Part shown: positions 1-10,632 of the stretch, in pieces
How the letters are laid out: the number at the start of each line of letters is the position of its first letter
How positions within the stretch are numbered: the stretch's first letter is position 1
Virus genome (UHGV): UHGV-0021337
Source of the DNA: a virus
Strand: one strand, 5' to 3'
Length of the DNA stretch: 64,000 nucleotides
The notes under the pieces: generated by a model
What the model was told of the DNA's origin: nothing
Seen by the model: only the letters and a program-made list of their open reading frames with translations
Databases searched by the model: none
Made by a program: the position numbers and the translations under genes

Positions 1-1
1 G

Positions 2-253
2 TTGTTTAACTTAAAGAAAAGCATAGAACTAATTGATAATATGCACTATGATTATGCAAAATTAGATTATTTTTTGAAAAAACTTCCAATGAGAGACACT
101 AATATTTTATTACAGTCTATCACTAAATTAAATGATGGGATAGGAGTTAACACTTCATTCACTGAAAAGTGTGATAATCCTGCGTGTGAGTTAGAATATC
201 AGACATCCTTTCGCATCACACAAGAATTTTTTAGACCCACAATACAATTCTGA
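2..253 (+). CDS. tail assembly chaperone, G-like frame (5' partial; open from window start)
   Basis: Open from window edge to TGA 251-253; lies just upstream of the tape measure gene; overlaps a +1-frame ORF (195-452). Confidence 0.4.
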   Translation: MFNLKKSIELIDNMHYDYAKLDYFLKKLPMRDTNILLQSITKLNDGIGVNTSFTEKCDNPACELEYQTSFRITQEFFRPTIQF

Positions 254-452
254 TGGAACACTATATGCTCCTGTCAGATTTAAGCAGATAACATTAGAAC
301 GTTTTTACATAACAAAAAACTCTAACATAAGTTTTTATGACACTGGGAAAATGACCCCTGAAGAAAGAAAACTTGTACTAGGTTGGATTAAAGACCAACT
401 TGATGCTCAACAAAAAGCAATAGAAGAAGCAAAACAAAAGTCTCGTAAGTAG
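195..452 (+). CDS. +1-frame extension of tail assembly chaperone (GT-like frameshift product)
   Basis: Frame 3 open 195-452 with no start codon until a 34-codon ATG at 351; ends 10 nt before TMP start; overlaps frame-2 ORF across the U-rich GAATTTTTTAGA (224-235); the -1 frame is closed by TAG 232-234. Confidence 0.35.
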   Translation, partial: NIRHPFASHKNFLDPQYNSDGTLYAPVRFKQITLERFYITKNSNISFYDTGKMTPEERKLVLGWIKDQLDAQQKAIEEAKQKSRK

Positions 453-461
453 AGGAATTAG

Positions 462-2423
462 ATGGCAAAAACACTCATTGGGAAAGTTAGTGGATTAGGC
501 TCAACCGACCCCGCTTCTGCAAAACGTGTAGCAGAGCAAGTAAATGCATATAACAAAAAACTTCGCTTAGAGACTGAAAAAGCTGTTCAAGCTCTTCGTC
601 AGAAATATGATACTAAATTAGCTAATGCAGATGATAAGACTCGTATAAAACTCGAGAAAAAACGTGAAAACGAGATAATAAAACGTCGACAAGCTGCAGA
701 AGATGAGCTTGCTGCATATCAACTTCTTCTTTCTTATCAGAATCAAGAAGATGTTAAAAAGCGTAGAAGAGACATGGATAAAGAGCTAGCGAAGTATCAA
801 GCAGCTGATTTTTCAAAGGGTCTCAGTGCAAATGTTGATGCTCAGCTAAAAAATATCGGATATAATGCTGCAGAAGTTGGAAAACAAGCATTTAATGCTA
901 TTGCAGGAAGTGTTGAAAAATATTTAGATGTTTATGTTAAATACTATTCTGCAATAAATACACGGCTTCAAAATACCGGACTTACATATAATAAAATAAA
1001 TGACTTATTCAAAGGTCAGTCTGCAGCTAACCCGTACTTAAAATACGAAAGCTTACTAGAAAATTTGAACACACTTGTTGAGCTTGGTATTGCAGATAAC
1101 GTAACACAAAGAGCGTTCTTTGGGTCTATATCAGGCAAAATCGCTACAACGTTCAAAGTAGCTGAAGCTTCTATGCTCGAAATAATTCGTATACAGCAAA
1201 AAGATACAACTGCTGCTCGTTTAGGTATGGAAGCAAATTTAACACGTTTGTTCAATGCTTACTTTCACGACACTTCATACTTAAATCAAGTATATGACAC
1301 AGTTCAATCTGCGTTAATTGATACAAGCGCAATGTTTCCTTCAACAGAAGCGTCAGTCGAGTTTGAATATATAATTCAAAAATGGTTAGGTTCTCTTGGT
1401 TCAGTGGGGGTCAAAGAATCTACGCTAACTTCAATTGCACAAGGGATAAATGCACTCGCAACAGGTGATGTTGATTATTTATCCAGTAACGCTGCAATGC
1501 AAAATTTGTTAGTTATGTCTGCTTCCAGAGTTGGAAAGAACTATGGAGAGTTACTTTCAAAAGGGCTTTCCTCGTCCGATGCTAATTTGTTAATGAAGGG
1601 TGTAATTGAGTATATTCAAACAATTCTTCAGTCAAATAACAATGTTGTTAAAAAACAGTATGCGTCGTTATTTGGTGTAACAATATCTGACTTAGCAGCA
1701 TTCTCGAACTTAACAAACGATACAATCAACAATCTATACAACACAGTTCTTTCTTACGACGGCACATTAAAAGAAGTTACTGAACAACTTAAGCAAGTAG
1801 GTTCTAGAACACACATCTCAGAAATGATTGATAATGTGCTAGAAAATACTTTGATGGGCATAGGAACAGGAGTTGCAAACAACTCAATTATGTATGCCAC
1901 ATACAAAGCTGCTGATATGTTAGAGAAGATTACTGGAGGTATTCAACTTCCAACTATTGGTGCGTTCGGGAACTTCGTCGACTTAAACATGTCACTTGAA
2001 GGTATGATAAAAGGCGGAATTCTGGGTATATCAGCCGTAGGAAGTCTTGTTAGTGCTGTTAGTAACATGATTACTGGAGGATTCCTTGACCCTGAAAAAT
2101 ACAGATTAGAATCATCGGGAGAAGGATTTACAACCTGGAGTAAGCCTGGGGAACTAATTCAAACAACCTCTGCAACAACTGTTGTGTCGAATGTTAGCGA
2201 AACAGGTATGTCTCAAAGTTTAGTTCAACAACAAAAACAAACAGGCGAATCAGTAACAGGAACGCAACAAGAAACTGATATTGAAAAAGAATACTATCAA
2301 CCATATAAAACTTCTTTAGAAAGTATAATTGATTTATTGAAAGGAACATTATCCGTCAGCGTAACAAATGCTGTTCAAATCAGTAACATTTCACAGCCAG
2401 GAAGCCCTGGATTAGGACAATAG
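462..2423 (+). CDS. tail tape measure protein
   Basis: 653 aa; coiled-coil K/E/R-rich N-terminus; Gly-rich hydrophobic segments (GIGTGVANN...GGILGISAVGSLVSAV); sits after the chaperone and before baseplate genes; RBS GAGGAA. Confidence 0.6.
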   Translation: MAKTLIGKVSGLGSTDPASAKRVAEQVNAYNKKLRLETEKAVQALRQKYDTKLANADDKTRIKLEKKRENEIIKRRQAAEDELAAYQLLLSYQNQEDVKKRRRDMDKELAKYQAADFSKGLSANVDAQLKNIGYNAAEVGKQAFNAIAGSVEKYLDVYVKYYSAINTRLQNTGLTYNKINDLFKGQSAANPYLKYESLLENLNTLVELGIADNVTQRAFFGSISGKIATTFKVAEASMLEIIRIQQKDTTAARLGMEANLTRLFNAYFHDTSYLNQVYDTVQSALIDTSAMFPSTEASVEFEYIIQKWLGSLGSVGVKESTLTSIAQGINALATGDVDYLSSNAAMQNLLVMSASRVGKNYGELLSKGLSSSDANLLMKGVIEYIQTILQSNNNVVKKQYASLFGVTISDLAAFSNLTNDTINNLYNTVLSYDGTLKEVTEQLKQVGSRTHISEMIDNVLENTLMGIGTGVANNSIMYATYKAADMLEKITGGIQLPTIGAFGNFVDLNMSLEGMIKGGILGISAVGSLVSAVSNMITGGFLDPEKYRLESSGEGFTTWSKPGELIQTTSATTVVSNVSETGMSQSLVQQQKQTGESVTGTQQETDIEKEYYQPYKTSLESIIDLLKGTLSVSVTNAVQISNISQPGSPGLGQ

Positions 2424-2424
2424 T

Positions 2425-3609
2425 ATGCAAGCTTTTGACACTAATACATTAGAATATCAATATATCCAAGCATTGTTGTACGATACATATATACCTACAA
2501 TACCTGTATTTTCTTCTGCTCCAAATTCGGACACACTTAGAAGTTTGTATAGTAGTAATGTTAGGTCAATAATAGTTTCAAATTCAATTTTAAGAATAAC
2601 TGAAGAAATACCAAACAAACAATACGCTTTAACTACATTGCATCCTTATACATTTGGAAAATTTTATAAAGGATTTACAACAAACTTTATAAATAAGCAA
2701 AATTACTATAACACCGCATTACACGAGGCGTTAGGAAACTATCTTAGATTTTATAACGATTACTACAACATTGACTTGTTGCCTCTGTATAATTGTTTCT
2801 CAAACAGATATGTTGATAGTTTTTCGTTGCCTATAAGTTATAATGATTCACTCAACACGTTTGAAGGAGCTGCAGCAAAAGCTGCTACAAGAACACTTGC
2901 AGTGCCTGTTAAAAACAATAAAAGTTATCAGATAGCTATTGAAAGTTCTGGCACCGCACTAAATGCTCAACTTGCGTATTTCAATGGTTCAAAATTAGTA
3001 AGTTGTAACTCTACATCTGTTTTGCCTTCATACGTTATAGCATCGTCCTTCGATAACCCCGATGTTATAGATGTTAATATTGAAGGACTTGACTATACAT
3101 TTGAAAAGTACTTATATCTATTCATAGAGATACCTACTGAAAATACCTCTTCTATTGTTATTCTAGAACGGTACTCTAAAAATGATTTGTGTTTGAATCC
3201 AACATTGCTTAGGACAAACCTCTACTCTCAAAGAGCATTTAGTGATAAACTTATGCAGTATTTAACAAGTAATGCTATAACTCCTGTTTTTAATACACAA
3301 ACAAGTATTGCAGCATTACAGGATATTATGAGTTCTAAACAATTTGGAGAGATATATAAGGACCCTGAAGGGCATCCCAGAATTTTGTCAAACTTTAATC
3401 GAGGAACTTTTAACACCGGTTATGATAGTATGCATTCCTTCATTTACAATACGTTTAGAACTGTAAACATTACTTATCCTGGTAGCGTTGATCCTGAACC
3501 GATTCGAGATTTCATGGGATATATTGATAGCGATGTTGAGCAGTTAATACTCGACGCAAAGTCAATGCCACTTTGCAAAAGTAAGATAATTAGCACTACA
3601 GGATATTAA
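2425..3609 (+). CDS. tail/baseplate structural protein (distal tail protein-like position)
   Basis: 394 aa, directly downstream of TMP and translationally coupled (TAGTATG). Confidence 0.35.
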   Translation: MQAFDTNTLEYQYIQALLYDTYIPTIPVFSSAPNSDTLRSLYSSNVRSIIVSNSILRITEEIPNKQYALTTLHPYTFGKFYKGFTTNFINKQNYYNTALHEALGNYLRFYNDYYNIDLLPLYNCFSNRYVDSFSLPISYNDSLNTFEGAAAKAATRTLAVPVKNNKSYQIAIESSGTALNAQLAYFNGSKLVSCNSTSVLPSYVIASSFDNPDVIDVNIEGLDYTFEKYLYLFIEIPTENTSSIVILERYSKNDLCLNPTLLRTNLYSQRAFSDKLMQYLTSNAITPVFNTQTSIAALQDIMSSKQFGEIYKDPEGHPRILSNFNRGTFNTGYDSMHSFIYNTFRTVNITYPGSVDPEPIRDFMGYIDSDVEQLILDAKSMPLCKSKIISTTGY

Positions 3610-3611
3610 AC

Positions 3612-4208
3612 ATGGCAACTAAACAATTTGATTTAATTCAAAATTACATATACATATATCAATTAGATAAGTACTGTATCATTCCTTCTTATCCAGAGCA
3701 GTTAACTGACACGCTTGGGTCAACTTTTGCACAAACAAACGCATTAGCAAGAACAGCTCCTATATATTCGTATTCTTATTCAGGACCTAGAACAGTTCAG
3801 ATAACTCTCCAGTTGCATAGAGATATGCTAAATGATGTTAACAGAACAAACTTGGATTTTTCTGACAAAGTAATTGCACTTGATGATGATTATGTTGATA
3901 CACTTATCAAATATCTTCAAGCAATGGCATTACCTTCTTATAAAGCACAGGAAGTCTCTTCAAAGACTGTAAATCCTCCACTGGTCGCTATCAGGTTTGG
4001 CAATACATTATTTGTAAAGGGAATTGTTAGTGGTGATGTTCAAGTTACGTGGTCAGGGGGCTTAACACGAAATAATAAGTACCAAGAAGCTAATGTCACA
4101 TTCAGAGTTTTAGAAACCGACCCTCAAGACGCAGATTCAATTGCAAAGTGGGGTAGTTTCCGAGGACTTGAAACAGCTTTAACAAAAGGATTGCATAGGA
4201 AAGCGTAA
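3612..4208 (+). CDS. tail/baseplate structural protein
   Basis: 198 aa ORF inside the structural operon. Confidence 0.3.
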   Translation: MATKQFDLIQNYIYIYQLDKYCIIPSYPEQLTDTLGSTFAQTNALARTAPIYSYSYSGPRTVQITLQLHRDMLNDVNRTNLDFSDKVIALDDDYVDTLIKYLQAMALPSYKAQEVSSKTVNPPLVAIRFGNTLFVKGIVSGDVQVTWSGGLTRNNKYQEANVTFRVLETDPQDADSIAKWGSFRGLETALTKGLHRKA

Positions 4209-4525
4209 TGGAAACAGCTATTGATAAAACATATAAAAAGTATGATTATGTATCTAGATATGAAGCATTTCCATACTACTACAACAAACTCGACGAAAGG
4301 TATTTCTACGGAATTACTTCGTGGTTGGACACAACTGCTGGATATGCTCTTTACACAGTTCGACCTGGTGATACTTATGACAGTATTGCTCTTGATTATT
4401 ATGGAAGCCCTACTTTCTACTGGGCGATTTGTGACTTCAATAGAATTCTTGATTCTTTTTCAATTCCAGAAGTAGGCACAAAATTGAAACTTCCTGCGCT
4501 TAACGGACTGTCATTTGAGGAGTAA
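4208..4525 (+). CDS. LysM-domain baseplate protein
   Basis: C-terminal LysM consensus YTVRPGDTYDSIALDYYGSPTFYWAICDFNRILDSFSIPEVGTKLKLP; ATGA/TAATG coupling. Confidence 0.7.
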   Translation: METAIDKTYKKYDYVSRYEAFPYYYNKLDERYFYGITSWLDTTAGYALYTVRPGDTYDSIALDYYGSPTFYWAICDFNRILDSFSIPEVGTKLKLPALNGLSFEE

Positions 4526-4527
4526 TT

Positions 4528-5790
4528 GTGGCTGAATTATTATCTACAACTTCAAGAGTACAAGTACCTTACATTGTTGTTACAATAGGGAACTATACAT
4601 TTGGTTTATATGCTAAAACAAAAACAACAGTAGAAGTCGACAGAAAGTACTATACAGCAATTAAAACAACATATCCAAATTATATGAAATCTCTTGTTGT
4701 TAAGAAAGTCAACGGTACGCTTAATTCATATACTTTGACTATGGAGTATGGTATAACTCAAGCTGACGATCCAAATATGTTTGAAAAGGTTTTTGGGTCT
4801 GTATCAAAGTCAAGAAAGATCACGTTTACTTATGGAGACTGTGCAACTCCGTCGTATATGTACCGAAATGAAGAAGCACTTATAACAAATATAACATCTT
4901 CTTTAGACACAGCTAATGCAAAAATTACATACACGATACAAGCCGTCAGCTCGGCATTGAAAGCATCGGCCGGACTATTTAATTTTCCGTCTTACGCTAG
5001 TCGTAAACCTAGTGACGTTATTATCGAATTATTAAAGAATAAACAGTATGGATTGCAAGAAATATTCTATGGTATGCACGATGTATCAAGAGTGCTAAGT
5101 AAAGGCGTTATACTGCGTGATGATAAAGCAGTTTCTATTCCTGCACGTAGCAGTATAACACCTTGGGATTACATAGGATACCTTGTTACATGTATGGTGT
5201 GCAACACAGACTCTACAACAGGGATGAAAAATACTCGTTATACTCTTACAGTTCATGATGATGTTTCCGAGTTTTTGGACGGACCTTATTTTCAAATAAA
5301 CAGACTTACAACATCGCTTCAAAAATTGACATCAGTCGATTACTACACAATAAATGTTGGGTATCCTGATAAAGATTTTGTCTCGAGTTTTTCTGTAACT
5401 GACGACCAGTCATACGCACTTCTATATAACTATTCTGGTTCTATACAACAATCAAATTATGTGTATAGAATCGGTGATGATGGCAACGCAACTGAAATAT
5501 TTTCTCCTACATTGACAAATTCAAAATCTCTGTATAAAACAACTGAAGCTGATAGAACTTGGTGGACAGATTTAACACAGTTTCCAATCAAAGCAACTAT
5601 GACGATTCGAGGGCTTCTTAGAGCTATACTACTTATGTCTTACATAAAAGTAAATGTATACTATTATGGTAAAAAACACATCTCAAGTGGTGTATATGTA
5701 GTTACGCAGCAAGAAGACACTATAAATCAGCAAGGGTATTTTACAACACTTTCGTTACTAAGAGTTGGAGGAGACACTGATGGTAACTAG
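4528..5790 (+). CDS. baseplate/tail structural protein (hub-like position)
   Basis: 420 aa ORF between the LysM protein and the gpV-like spike. Confidence 0.3.
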   Translation: MAELLSTTSRVQVPYIVVTIGNYTFGLYAKTKTTVEVDRKYYTAIKTTYPNYMKSLVVKKVNGTLNSYTLTMEYGITQADDPNMFEKVFGSVSKSRKITFTYGDCATPSYMYRNEEALITNITSSLDTANAKITYTIQAVSSALKASAGLFNFPSYASRKPSDVIIELLKNKQYGLQEIFYGMHDVSRVLSKGVILRDDKAVSIPARSSITPWDYIGYLVTCMVCNTDSTTGMKNTRYTLTVHDDVSEFLDGPYFQINRLTTSLQKLTSVDYYTINVGYPDKDFVSSFSVTDDQSYALLYNYSGSIQQSNYVYRIGDDGNATEIFSPTLTNSKSLYKTTEADRTWWTDLTQFPIKATMTIRGLLRAILLMSYIKVNVYYYGKKHISSGVYVVTQQEDTINQQGYFTTLSLLRVGGDTDGN

Positions 5791-6193
5791 AGCATTTATT
5801 GAAGAAGTCGACTATGCTAACGCTAAACTTCGTGTTCGAATACCAACTTTGAATGGTGTTGAAGAAAGTACTACATCTACTCCTACTGACCAGTTGGAAT
5901 GGGCTTCCATCATTCAAATTCCTGGGGTGGACATAACATATGAAGTTGGAGATGTAGTTGTTGTAAGTTTCGAAGATAATGACTTGAGCTCACCTATTGT
6001 TTTAGGTTTTTTGAAGCTTGTTGAGAATAGTACAAAAAATCTACAAAATAGATTATTTCTAACAGCTGCAAATCTAACTGTTACAAATAACGTTACTTTA
6101 CCAACAAACATAGTTTTTAATAGCCCCACAACTGGAACACAAGCATTATCTTTTGAAGATTTGTGGGATTCTATACATAAGGAGACAAAATGA
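5780..6193 (+). CDS. baseplate spike/hub protein, P2 gpV-like OB fold
   Basis: VGDVVVVSFEDNDLSSPIVLGFL motif typical of gpV/gp5 N-domain; ATG 5780 follows GGAGGAG (track start 5765 is TTG). Confidence 0.45.
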   Translation: MVTRAFIEEVDYANAKLRVRIPTLNGVEESTTSTPTDQLEWASIIQIPGVDITYEVGDVVVVSFEDNDLSSPIVLGFLKLVENSTKNLQNRLFLTAANLTVTNNVTLPTNIVFNSPTTGTQALSFEDLWDSIHKETK

Positions 6194-6561
6194 ACGCAGT
6201 TCAGTTTCCAAATATGATATCTAATAATCAAACAAACATTGTGTACGATTACAACGCAACGTTACAAAATTTAACTGCATTGATATTATCTTCTAAGAAG
6301 ACGTTGTTCGGTGACCCTTATTTCGGAACAAACATAAAAAAACTTATATATGATAGAAATAGTGCTGTGCTAAGAGACATCGTTATTGATGACATTTTCA
6401 CAGCAATAACAATGTTTATGCCTCAAATAAGAGTTGAACGTAGAAATATAACAGTAGAGTCGTCAGGCTCTTCTTTGTATATAAATATAAAAGCTCAAAA
6501 TTTGTTAGATTACAGTTTTGACGATTACACAATAAATATGTTAAACATAGAGGAGTTATAA
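6190..6561 (+). CDS. baseplate wedge protein, gp25/GPW-like
   Basis: 123 aa; placed between the gpV-like and J-like genes as in P2/T4 baseplate clusters; ATGA coupling. Confidence 0.5.
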   Translation: MNAVQFPNMISNNQTNIVYDYNATLQNLTALILSSKKTLFGDPYFGTNIKKLIYDRNSAVLRDIVIDDIFTAITMFMPQIRVERRNITVESSGSSLYINIKAQNLLDYSFDDYTINMLNIEEL

Positions 6562-9500
6562 TGACCTCGAACGAAAAATCTCTTGCAAACATATCATTTA
6601 TAAATAAAGATTTTGAGTCTTTATGGACCGAGTTACTTGCATTAGTACCTAAATTAACACGTAAGTGGGATCCGAGTCAAGCGAACGAATCAGACCCACT
6701 TGCAGTATTACTTAAACTTATTGCAATAGCTCAAGATAAAGCAAACTACAACATCGATAAAAACATACTTGAGCTATATCCATTGTCTTTGACACAACAA
6801 TCTTCTGCATTTAATGTGTATGATGCTCTTGGGTACACTGTTGGGTGGTATAGAAGCGGCTCAGGACAAGTTTTATTGAAATATGTCGGCTCACTTGAAG
6901 CACCTCAAGGAGTTACAGTACCAAGATTTAGTCAAGTTAGTAATAACGATAGCTCTTTAGTTTATACTATAGTTAGTGACGATATTACATTTGCGGATAA
7001 GTCAGCTGCAGAAGATAGCAGAATTATTTCTACATTAGTTGACATACTACAAGGACGTTGTACCGACTTCTTAATAAACGGAGAATCAATCATTACTAGC
7101 AATAACCTCGACGCGAATAACCGACTTTATTTCATTGAGCCAAATATTGCTCAAAACGGCGTGTTTATTAAGTCAGCTGATAATACGACTTCTTGGAAAA
7201 AGGATGATGATTGGAAGAAAGTTTCAAACCTGTCTCAAGTTGCAAGTAACACAAAATGCTATCAATTTGGTGTAGACCCTAGAACTAGTTCTTGCTATAT
7301 TCAGTTTCCTGATGATATTGGGTCTTTGATTGGCGCTGGGTTGAAGATAAAGTATATTGTATCTGACGGGGAAAGTGGTAATGCACTTAGCAGAACCATA
7401 ACACAATTTTACAATAACTTGAAATTATCTTACATAAATAATGAAGGAAATGTTGACCAAGCAACTGCAAATGATATATTTTCCGTGTCTAATTCAAACG
7501 CTATTCTTGATGGTAAAAATCCAGACAACTTAGATACAACATATGATGATTATAAAAGAACTACAAATATTGTTAACACACTTGTTACATTACTAGACTA
7601 CAAGGAATATCTAAGAGACTATATACAGGATAATAGGAATATTGTTTCGAATGTTCAGGTTGCCGATAGAACTAACGATTTGTATTCTTCATATGCAGTT
7701 AAAACACTAGATGAAAATCATCAGTTCTCAACAGAGACACATTCTGCAACAGGTAATGAATTATCCGCATACGACCTCAGACTTTATCCACTTGCAAGTT
7801 CTTCAGATACTACTACAAAGTTAGGATATGACAATTCTTTCCAGTATCTCGATAACAACGAAGAACTGGTTACTGCATTAGATACTGCAAAAACTATAAA
7901 TCACAACTTTCAAGACCTGGGTTACCCGATAATACTTACTTACGACCTAGCGGGGCAAATATATCTCGATTCCAGAGTCACTGCTCAAGAAGCTCGTGAA
8001 ATACGCGCTAATGTTTTATCTGCACTATATCAATCATTTAGCGCATATAACGTGGATTTTGGTGCAGAACCGGACTACAAGAAATTAGTTGATACAATTA
8101 CAAATGCTGACAAGAGAATTCAATATGTAGCTTTACAACCTATTAGTGATTATACACAAACATCAAAAGATAACGACCCTATCGAACAAATTGATGTTAT
8201 TGAAAGGTCTGTATTAGCTGGAAAGACCCCGTGGGCAGTACTTCGCGATAAAGATAATACGACAACTATCTCAGACGCTTACAAAGATACAGTCAATATT
8301 GCTATGGGACAAGACGCTAAAGCTAACATCGTACTGAATAATAAAGTTGCATCATATCTACAAGCAGGTGTTGTGTTAACAGCAGTACAGGGAACAACTA
8401 CAACATTAGAAGTTGGCCCAAATGAACACATTAGTTTTTTAACACCTCAATATAAAGAGGACATAACTTACACTAACTACTTATACTACAAAGTGCAGTT
8501 AAGTAACGAAATTCCTGCTAACACTCCATATATATTGCAACCAGGAGAGGAAATAACATTTTACGAAACAACACAGGATTACGACGCTAACAATATTTAT
8601 GCTAAAATCTCTGCCGGAACTATTGTCAAATCAAACATATCTCTTGAAACAGATACATCTAATTATCTTACACTTAATGCAAAGAATACAATTTCTACAT
8701 TGAGTCCTGTCGAAGCATCTGATTGGGAACCTGGCGACTCTTTCTACTGCAGCTCAGAAAGTGTGTATAATCGAGTAATGGTTCCTCAAACATATTTTAT
8801 ACTACAATCTGGTGAGTATATTATATATTTGAAAGCATCAGGTGACTTCATAGTTTATGGCGAAGGAACCGCTGTTGCAACAAGCAATACACTAGACCCT
8901 AATGATTTTACTGAGTATCGTTCTGCTTCTAGTACTAACTTAGCATACTATCAAGAATCAGGTGATATATCCTCCTTGATGTCGTATTTCATACTTATCC
9001 AATACGAAAAAGACAAACTAATCTTTGGCGCAAATACAATACTTACATTCGGAGAAGGATACAAATTTATTTTTGGAAAGTCAAGTGACGAACCTCTTGA
9101 TAATTTCTGGGATACGAAATTCACGTCAAAAACGTTACAAACTATGTCGCCAGAATATGGATTCTATCGTATTACTTCTGCTGACTTACAAGGAACTACA
9201 TCAAGAAACAATGTCTACTATTCGAAAGATGGTAACAACTGGACTGCTCTTCCAACCGTTCTTTCATCTCAGACGTCAGGAGCTACGGGATGGAGATTTA
9301 TTGTGTACTTGTCTCTTGCAGTTTCTCCAAAATCTGAACAAACATTCTATACGTTCTGGTCTAAAGATTCTACACAAGCGGACGGAACATATAAACAAGA
9401 CAACACGTATGTTAAACACGTACAGTTACTAGGATACAAAAACCTTGCTAAAACATTAGTGTCAACATATGATAATACAACAAACATTCCTACTAGCACT

Positions 9501-10082
9501 TACACATTATCCGCAAGTAAGACCTTACTCAGTAGTGCTACTAGCATACCTGTCGACGAAGAAGTTGAATTGTATTCATTTATAATAGCTAATGATAAAG
9601 CTTATAACATACGTGACTCTTTTGTGTCAGTAGACGGATTAGGAACATTAAAAACTCCAAATATACGGAATGTGTACTACATATTGCCTGCAATCAAACG
9701 TGGTTCTTCCTCAGTCTCTTACTATTTATATAAACCAGGTAAAACGATAGTTACTACAAATATTGATAAAATATCTAGTTTAGTGGCAATATCCACACGC
9801 GATGGTAGTAATTTAACTCACTATTACGACGGAGCTGCAAATAAATATCAAACATTAGACACACTCTTTTCAACTGCAGGCGCTGATTTTGTTGAGCTCC
9901 AGTTAAACGCACGGTATGATGAATTGTTCTCTCCTGCATATATACCGTCCGAAACAGAAGAGATATTAAACCCTGCTCTTTTTACAACATTTTTCAATAA
10001 AAATCACGTGTTCAATAGATATGTAATATCAAAGATAGGAAATACAGATTCCCTTATTATAAGTTCCTTGTCAGTACAGTGA
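6561..10082 (+). CDS. large baseplate protein (baseplate J/gp6-like, possibly fused to a fibre/receptor-binding region)
   Basis: 1173 aa, immediately after the gp25-like gene; Ser/Thr/Asn-rich C-terminal half. Confidence 0.45.
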   Translation: MTSNEKSLANISFINKDFESLWTELLALVPKLTRKWDPSQANESDPLAVLLKLIAIAQDKANYNIDKNILELYPLSLTQQSSAFNVYDALGYTVGWYRSGSGQVLLKYVGSLEAPQGVTVPRFSQVSNNDSSLVYTIVSDDITFADKSAAEDSRIISTLVDILQGRCTDFLINGESIITSNNLDANNRLYFIEPNIAQNGVFIKSADNTTSWKKDDDWKKVSNLSQVASNTKCYQFGVDPRTSSCYIQFPDDIGSLIGAGLKIKYIVSDGESGNALSRTITQFYNNLKLSYINNEGNVDQATANDIFSVSNSNAILDGKNPDNLDTTYDDYKRTTNIVNTLVTLLDYKEYLRDYIQDNRNIVSNVQVADRTNDLYSSYAVKTLDENHQFSTETHSATGNELSAYDLRLYPLASSSDTTTKLGYDNSFQYLDNNEELVTALDTAKTINHNFQDLGYPIILTYDLAGQIYLDSRVTAQEAREIRANVLSALYQSFSAYNVDFGAEPDYKKLVDTITNADKRIQYVALQPISDYTQTSKDNDPIEQIDVIERSVLAGKTPWAVLRDKDNTTTISDAYKDTVNIAMGQDAKANIVLNNKVASYLQAGVVLTAVQGTTTTLEVGPNEHISFLTPQYKEDITYTNYLYYKVQLSNEIPANTPYILQPGEEITFYETTQDYDANNIYAKISAGTIVKSNISLETDTSNYLTLNAKNTISTLSPVEASDWEPGDSFYCSSESVYNRVMVPQTYFILQSGEYIIYLKASGDFIVYGEGTAVATSNTLDPNDFTEYRSASSTNLAYYQESGDISSLMSYFILIQYEKDKLIFGANTILTFGEGYKFIFGKSSDEPLDNFWDTKFTSKTLQTMSPEYGFYRITSADLQGTTSRNNVYYSKDGNNWTALPTVLSSQTSGATGWRFIVYLSLAVSPKSEQTFYTFWSKDSTQADGTYKQDNTYVKHVQLLGYKNLAKTLVSTYDNTTNIPTSTYTLSASKTLLSSATSIPVDEEVELYSFIIANDKAYNIRDSFVSVDGLGTLKTPNIRNVYYILPAIKRGSSSVSYYLYKPGKTIVTTNIDKISSLVAISTRDGSNLTHYYDGAANKYQTLDTLFSTAGADFVELQLNARYDELFSPAYIPSETEEILNPALFTTFFNKNHVFNRYVISKIGNTDSLIISSLSVQ

Positions 10083-10089
10083 GGTATAT

Positions 10090-10602
10090 ATGTTTACTAC
10101 AACACAAAATGTTCCTGCAATATATGTAGAAAAGTCTAGAGATTTTCAACTTCTTTGTAACATTGTTGACGTTTTTGTTAATTCAGTTACAGGAAACGCT
10201 AATAAAATGCAACTACAAAATTCAGCACAATTCTGTGATGAACGTATGTTGCCATTACTTGCTACATATGTTGGATTCTTCACACAAGAATATCTACCTG
10301 CAGCTGTGCAAAGGAACATTATCTCCGTTTTTCCATTTATCATAAAGAATAAAGGAAATAAACAAAGTATAGATGTAGCTGCAAAAGCTGCTTTACGAGT
10401 TTATCCTCTTATAAATAGTATTACTACTAACATCAAGAACGACACTTACACTGTGTTCATACTCTGCAATTGTCAGAACTGGTTTGATATTGATGAACGG
10501 TATATTCGAGAAGTTATGAAATACACGTTGCCTACAGGTTATCTGCTTGCACTTATTCAAAAAGTTGGAGCGGAAGAGCGGGTACGCTACATAACATTGT
10601 AA
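10090..10602 (+). CDS. baseplate/tail fibre-associated protein (gpI-like position)
   Basis: 170 aa ORF following the J-like gene. Confidence 0.3.
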   Translation: MFTTTQNVPAIYVEKSRDFQLLCNIVDVFVNSVTGNANKMQLQNSAQFCDERMLPLLATYVGFFTQEYLPAAVQRNIISVFPFIIKNKGNKQSIDVAAKAALRVYPLINSITTNIKNDTYTVFILCNCQNWFDIDERYIREVMKYTLPTGYLLALIQKVGAEERVRYITL

Positions 10603-10632
10603 ATAAACTCAGAAACATATTGTATAACATGT

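Noticed and set aside
4221-4475. Plus-strand alternative-frame ORFs nested in larger genes (4221-4475, 9025-9432, 10163-10345, 44084-44344, 44695-44925)
   Set aside because: They overlap longer ORFs that have recognisable domains (LysM protein, J-like protein, RecA-like protein), and they have no RBS or coupling signals.
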